DNA of 63,892 nucleotides, filler included, from Thermodesulfobacteriota bacterium (GTDB taxonomy: Bacteria; DASVDK01), in assembly GCA_036381125.1 (NCBI GenBank). It is 6 parts of 6 records of this genome, joined end to end, with 100 filler letters (N's around TTAATTAATTAA, not from the genome) between each part and the next. Parts side by side here need not be neighbours in the genome. Positions count along the whole stretch, not along the records: positions 56,558 to 61,457 come from DASVDK010000270.1; positions 61,558 to 63,892 come from DASVDK010000307.1; 4 more parts are not named here. One strand, 5' to 3'. Made by a program: the position numbers and the translations under genes. The notes beneath the pieces were generated by a model, which saw nothing but the letters and a program-made list of their open reading frames with translations, did no database searches and was not told the origin of the DNA. Positions 58,146 through 63,892 of this stretch are shown here, piece after piece. How positions within the stretch are numbered: the first letter of the stretch is position 1; each line of letters begins with the position of its first letter.

Positions 58146-58991
58146 TCAGGTGCGGCCGCGAAGGCCCAGCTTGTCGAGGAACTCGTCCGCCAGCCTGCCC
58201 TCCAGCCCGTGCGGCTCGCCGCGGAGCATGCGGCGGAGCGCGGCCAGCTCGGCGCGGGAGAAGCGCACGGCCTCGAGGACGTGCTCCTCGAAGGCCTCGT
58301 AGGCCACGGGTGCGACCGCCCGGGCGACCTTCGCCATCGCCTCGGCGTACGCGCGGATCTCGTACTGGGCGTGCGGGTCGAGCCGCAGCTTGAGGAAGTG
58401 GAAGAGGTTGTGGAGGTCGACCTTCCAGTACCACGCCGTCATGAGCGAGACCGGCAGGTTCACCCGGGCCAGCTCGCGCGCCACGCCCCGATCGATGTGG
58501 CTGCGGTAGCGGGCGTACATCTGGCGCTGGTCGTCCTCGAGCTCGCGTCGGATCGCCTCGGCCTCCTCGGCGGGGAGCCGCTCGTCGGCCCGGCCCTGCT
58601 TGTTGCGCGCCGACTGGAAGCGGATGTCCTCCACGCGCGGCAGGTAGAACTCGTCCCTCGCCTCGGAGTACCGCAGGCTCTCCTCGTTGAGCGAGGCGGT
58701 GCGGTGCCGGACCATCTGACGCGCCACGAAGATCGGCAGCCGCATGTGGAACTTGATCTCGACCTGCTCGAAGGGCGAGGTGTGCTGGTGCCGCATGAGG
58801 TAGTGGATGAGGGCGCGGTCCTCGCGCACGGTCTTCGTGCCGGCGCCGTAGGACACCCGCGCCGCCTGCACGATGGCCTGGTCGGCGGTCTGGCCGTCGT
58901 CGACGAACCGCGGCATGCAGTCGACGGCGCGGACGAAGCCCTTGTCGAGGACCGGGATCGGTTCCCTGAAGTCGGCGAGGAGGTCACGCAT
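58146..58991 (-). CDS. thyX: FAD-dependent thymidylate synthase
   Basis: AARVSY, HTSPFE, RHRTASLNEESLRY, HAQYEIR. Confidence 0.96.
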   Translation of the reverse strand: MRDLLADFREPIPVLDKGFVRAVDCMPRFVDDGQTADQAIVQAARVSYGAGTKTVREDRALIHYLMRHQHTSPFEQVEIKFHMRLPIFVARQMVRHRTASLNEESLRYSEARDEFYLPRVEDIRFQSARNKQGRADERLPAEEAEAIRRELEDDQRQMYARYRSHIDRGVARELARVNLPVSLMTAWYWKVDLHNLFHFLKLRLDPHAQYEIRAYAEAMAKVARAVAPVAYEAFEEHVLEAVRFSRAELAALRRMLRGEPHGLEGRLADEFLDKLGLRGRT

Positions 58992-58998
58992 GGGGAGC

Positions 58999-59022
58999 AT
59001 TCTACACACACCGTGATACACT
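58999..59022. promoter_or_regulatory. Back-to-back extended -10 elements for thyX and mutY
   Basis: Minus strand TGTGTAGAAT, 7 nt before the thyX ATG; plus strand TGaTACACT, 6 nt before the mutY GTG. Confidence 0.65.
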
Positions 59023-59028
59023 CCGCCC

Positions 59029-59850
59029 GTGCCCCGCCCACGGCGTAGTCGCGCATCCGGAGGGCGCCGCCGCTCCGACGACGACCTTTCGCTCTCGCCA
59101 GGCCACGTTCGGAAGTTCCGCGGCCGGCTCCTCCGCTGGTTCGCGACGCACGGCCGCGACCTGCCCTGGCGACGCACCGACGACCCCTACCGGATCCTCG
59201 TCTCGGAGATCATGCTCCAGCAGACCCAGGTCGATCGGGTGCGGCCGAAGTACGAGGCCTGGGTCGCGAAGTGGCCGTCGTTCGAGGCGCTGGCCGCCGC
59301 CTCGCTCGACGAGGTCTGCGCCGAGTGGCGCCCGCTCGGGTACAACATCCGGCCGGTGCGGCTCCACTCGATCGCCCGCGAGACCGTGGCCCGCTACGGC
59401 GGCCGGCTGCCCGACGAACCCGAGGCGCTCCTCGGCATGAAGGGGATCGGCCGCTACACCGCCGGAGCGGTCCTCGCCTTCGCCTTCCGCAAGGACGCGG
59501 CGATCCTCGACACCAACGTCCTTCGGGTGCTCCACCGGGTGTTCGTCGGCCCGGGCCTGCCCGATGGGGCGGCCGTCTCGAGGCAGCCGCGGGCCGACCA
59601 CGCGGCGAAGCGGCGCCTCTGGGCCCTCTCCGAGCGGCTCGTGCCGCGCGGCCGGGCCTTCGCCTTCAACTCGGCCCTGATGGACTTCGGCGCCCTGGTC
59701 TGCACGGCGCGCAAGCCGCTCTGCCTCGTCTGCCCGATGCGGGACTTCTGCCGGACCTCGCCGCTGGCACGTAGCGGAGGTGCGGGCCGCGTGAGCGGCC
59801 CCCGGCCGAAGGCCGGCGCGCCGCGACGCCGGTCCCGAAGCTCGACCTGA
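59029..59850 (+). CDS. mutY: A/G-specific adenine glycosylase, catalytic domain only
   Basis: RDLPWR, SEIMLQQTQV, GIGRYTAGA, DTNV, C-x6-C-x2-C-x5-C; no C-terminal domain. Confidence 0.85.
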   Translation: MPRPRRSRASGGRRRSDDDLSLSPGHVRKFRGRLLRWFATHGRDLPWRRTDDPYRILVSEIMLQQTQVDRVRPKYEAWVAKWPSFEALAAASLDEVCAEWRPLGYNIRPVRLHSIARETVARYGGRLPDEPEALLGMKGIGRYTAGAVLAFAFRKDAAILDTNVLRVLHRVFVGPGLPDGAAVSRQPRADHAAKRRLWALSERLVPRGRAFAFNSALMDFGALVCTARKPLCLVCPMRDFCRTSPLARSGGAGRVSGPRPKAGAPRRRSRSST

Positions 59851-59861
59851 TATCCTGATGC

Positions 59862-60449
59862 ATGCACCGACACGACCCGTTCGCCCCCTACGACGTGACC
59901 GTCTGCGGAATCCCGGAGCTCCCGGGCTACTGCGCCGCCGGCGTGAGTCACGTCCTGTCCATCCTCGATCCCGAGGCGCCCGAGCCCGATGCGTTCGGCG
60001 CCTTCGGCGAGCACGCCCGGCTCGAGCTCCGCTTCCACGACGTCATCGACGAGCAGGACGGGCAGGTCGCGCCGAGCCGGGACGACGTCGCGGCGCTCCT
60101 CGCCTTCGGCGAGGACCTCCTGCGCGAGCCGCGCGAGGACGCGCACCTCCTCGTCCACTGTCACGCCGGGATCTCCCGCTCGACGGCCGCCCTGACGCTC
60201 CTGCTCGCGCAGGCGCGGCCCGACCGGCCGGCCGCCGAGGCGCTGGCCCAGGTGGTCCGCGTGCGGCCGCCCGCCTGGCCGAACCTGCGCGTCGTCGAGC
60301 TGGGCGACGCCCTGCTCGGCCGGCGCGGGGAGATCGTGGCGGCCGTCCGCGCGCACTACCGCGCGGTGGTCGCCGCGCACCCCGAGGTGGCGCGCGTGAT
60401 GCGCCTGGGAGGGCGGGGCCGAGAGGTCACGGGCCTCGATGCCGACTAG
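59862..60449 (+). CDS. Cys-based protein-tyrosine/dual-specificity phosphatase-fold protein
   Basis: HCHAGISRS (CX5R), FHD loop, AWPN. Confidence 0.87.
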   Translation: MHRHDPFAPYDVTVCGIPELPGYCAAGVSHVLSILDPEAPEPDAFGAFGEHARLELRFHDVIDEQDGQVAPSRDDVAALLAFGEDLLREPREDAHLLVHCHAGISRSTAALTLLLAQARPDRPAAEALAQVVRVRPPAWPNLRVVELGDALLGRRGEIVAAVRAHYRAVVAAHPEVARVMRLGGRGREVTGLDAD

Positions 60450-60849
60450 CCGCGTCATCGAGGTCGCCGCCGCGCTCCTCGAGCGCGACGGGTGCCTCCT
60501 GCTCGCGCAGCGGCCCGCGGGCACGCACCTCGCGGGGCTCTGGGAGTTCCCGGGGGGGAAGCGCGAGGCGGGGGAGACCTTCGAGGCCTGCCTCGCGCGC
60601 GAGCTGCTCGAGGAGGTGGGCGCCGAGGTGGAGGTGGGGGACGAGGCGCGGCGGGTGCGCTACACCTACCCCGACCGCACCGTCGAGATCCGCTTCTTCC
60701 GCTGCCGGCTCGTCGGCGGCGAGCCGAGACCGCTCCAGGTCGCCGCCGTTGCCTGGGTCCCGCGCGCGGAACTCGGCCGCTACCCGTTTCCCCCGGCCGA
60801 CCGGGAGGTGGTCGAGTGGCTGTCCGGGGCGCGCGAGCCGGTGACTTGA
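60439..60849 (+). CDS. mutT: MutT-like NUDIX hydrolase
   Basis: WEFPGGKREAGETFEACLARELLEEVG, FPPAD. Confidence 0.88.
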   Translation: MPTSRVIEVAAALLERDGCLLLAQRPAGTHLAGLWEFPGGKREAGETFEACLARELLEEVGAEVEVGDEARRVRYTYPDRTVEIRFFRCRLVGGEPRPLQVAAVAWVPRAELGRYPFPPADREVVEWLSGAREPVT

Positions 60850-60874
60850 CAAGGTAGCTTCCAGAAGCTACCTT
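60846..60874 (+). promoter_or_regulatory. Toxin-antitoxin promoter with overlapping palindromic operator
   Basis: TTGACA-N17-TACCTT; AAGGTAGCTT-CCAG-AAGCTACCTT. Confidence 0.85.
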
Positions 60875-60880
60875 CGCGCC

Positions 60881-61174
60881 GTGCGATCGGTGGGGCTCAA
60901 GGTCCTCAAGAACAAGCTGAGCGAGTACGTGCGCCTGGCGGCATCGGGAGAGGTCGTCCTCGTGACCGACCGCGATCGCGTCGTCGCGGAGCTGGGCCCC
61001 CCCCGCGAGGGGCGGAGCCCGATCGCGGCCGACGCGCTCCTCGCGGACGCCGTGCGCCGCGGGTGGCTCTCCGCGCCGCTCGTGGCGGCCGAGGACACAC
61101 CGCCGCCCCGACTGCCGGTGGCGCCGCTGCGCGAGATCCTCGCGGAGCTCGACGAGGACCGCTCCGACCGGTGA
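60881..61174 (+). CDS. Phd/YefM-family antitoxin
   Basis: LKNKLSEYVR...GEVVLVTDRDRVVAEL. Confidence 0.9.
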   Translation: MRSVGLKVLKNKLSEYVRLAASGEVVLVTDRDRVVAELGPPREGRSPIAADALLADAVRRGWLSAPLVAAEDTPPPRLPVAPLREILAELDEDRSDR

Positions 61175-61457
61175 TCTACCTCGATACCTCGGTCGTCCTC
61201 GCCCAGCTCCTCGCGGAGGACCGCGCGCCGGCCGCCTGGCTCTGGCGCGAGCCGCTCGTCGCCAGCCGGCTCCTCGAGTACGAGGTCTTCGTCCGGCTCC
61301 ACGCGCGGGGCCTCGGCGCCTCGCACGCGGAGGCCGCCCGGCTCCTGCTCGGCCGGATCGCGCTGCTCGAGCTGGTGGCCCCCGTGCTCGTGCGGGCGCT
61401 CGAGCCGTTCCCGACGCCGGTCCGAACCCTCGATGCCCTCCATCTCGCGTCCATGGA
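61171..61457 (+). CDS. PIN-domain (VapC-type) toxin (3'-truncated)
   Basis: IYLDTSV, RTLDALHLAS; GTGA overlap with the antitoxin. Confidence 0.9.
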
Positions 61458-61557
61458 NNNNNNNNNNNNNNNNNNNNNNNNNNNNNNNNNNNNNNNNNNN
61501 NTTAATTAATTAANNNNNNNNNNNNNNNNNNNNNNNNNNNNNNNNNNNNNNNNNNNN
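61458..61557. other. Artificial contig linker
   Basis: N44-TTAATTAATTAA-N44. Confidence 0.99.
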
Positions 61558-62409
<852 letters not shown>

Positions 62410-62431
62410 GGCGGATTTCGGGGCGCTTCGC

Positions 62432-62516
62432 CGTCATTGCCGGGCTCGACAAGAGACAGTCGCTGTAGGGGCGGGTTTCAAACCCGCCCCCCGCCGATGT
62501 CTGGATGCCCGGATCA
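62432..62516. repeat. GTAG-tagged REP palindrome between CGTC-type REP remnants
   Basis: GTAGGGGCGGGTTTCAAACCCGCCCC (62465-62490), flanked by CGTCATTGCCGGGCTCGAC and TGGATGCCCGGATCA. Confidence 0.75.
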
Positions 62517-62520
62517 GGCC

Positions 62521-63516
<996 letters not shown>

Positions 63517-63668
63517 GGGATCGGCCGCCGAGGGATCGGGCGCCGTCCCGGCCGCGGCCCGGCTGGACAGGCCGGCGCCAGGCAGGCTAAAACCGGCGGC
63601 CGGTGCGCCCCGGCGGCGTGGTCCGGCGGGCGCGGCCTTGCCTCCCCGCCGCCTTGGCCCCAATTTAG

Positions 63669-63892
<224 letters not shown>

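Noticed and set aside
58146-58991. thyX as a phage or DNA-modification marker
   Set aside because: Neighbours are host repair and signalling genes; no phage genes on the contig.
63517-63546. Imperfect 15-bp tandem repeat after the AKR gene
   Set aside because: Two short imperfect copies in very GC-rich DNA; too weak to interpret.

Overview
This window is not contiguous. It is six high-GC contigs joined by artificial 100-nt linkers (N44-TTAATTAATTAA-N44), so genes either side of a linker are not neighbours. Contig 1 (1-2640): sucA-sucB fragments. Contig 2 (2741-13150): OmpA/MotB-like fragment, an exported lipoprotein/EF-hand/phosphoesterase/hydrolase cluster, a tyrosine-catabolism operon (hppD, DinB-like, hmgA, fahA), and xerC-hslV-hslU. 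Contig 3 (13251-44625): a core-genome block with a gene order I recall from Deltaproteobacteria: dxr-rseP-tsaB-DUF465-ilvBNC-psd-pssA-leuB-asd-asd2-truA-[cytochrome b + Mo enzyme]-rplM-rpsI-argC-kdsB-pyrG-kdsADC-lptCAB-rpoN-(broken hpf)-ptsN-hprK-rapZ-mannose-family PTS-HPr-ptsI. Contig 4 (44726-56457): NHL-repeat fragment, pterin dehydratase, gltA, a REP-like duplication, desaturase, transporters, rsgA and a chemoreceptor. Contig 5 (56558-61457): sensor kinase, thyX, short mutY, PTP-fold protein, mutT and a Phd/PIN toxin-antitoxin pair. Contig 6 (61558-63892): recA, aldo/keto reductase and the start of alaS; it looks alphaproteobacterial and may be bin contamination. I found no CRISPR array, rRNA, tRNA, prophage or transposase, and nothing that is clearly a new system. 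Best leads: (i) a DinB-superfamily protein in the slot of the missing maleylacetoacetate isomerase; (ii) a leaderless, bidirectionally promoted thyX / mutY-PTP-mutT cluster; (iii) a palindromic element inserted in frame in xerC; (iv) three genes with deletion or stop scars (hpf, a hydrolase, a cupin); (v) several REP-like repeat families. All calls come from reading motifs; no database searches were run.
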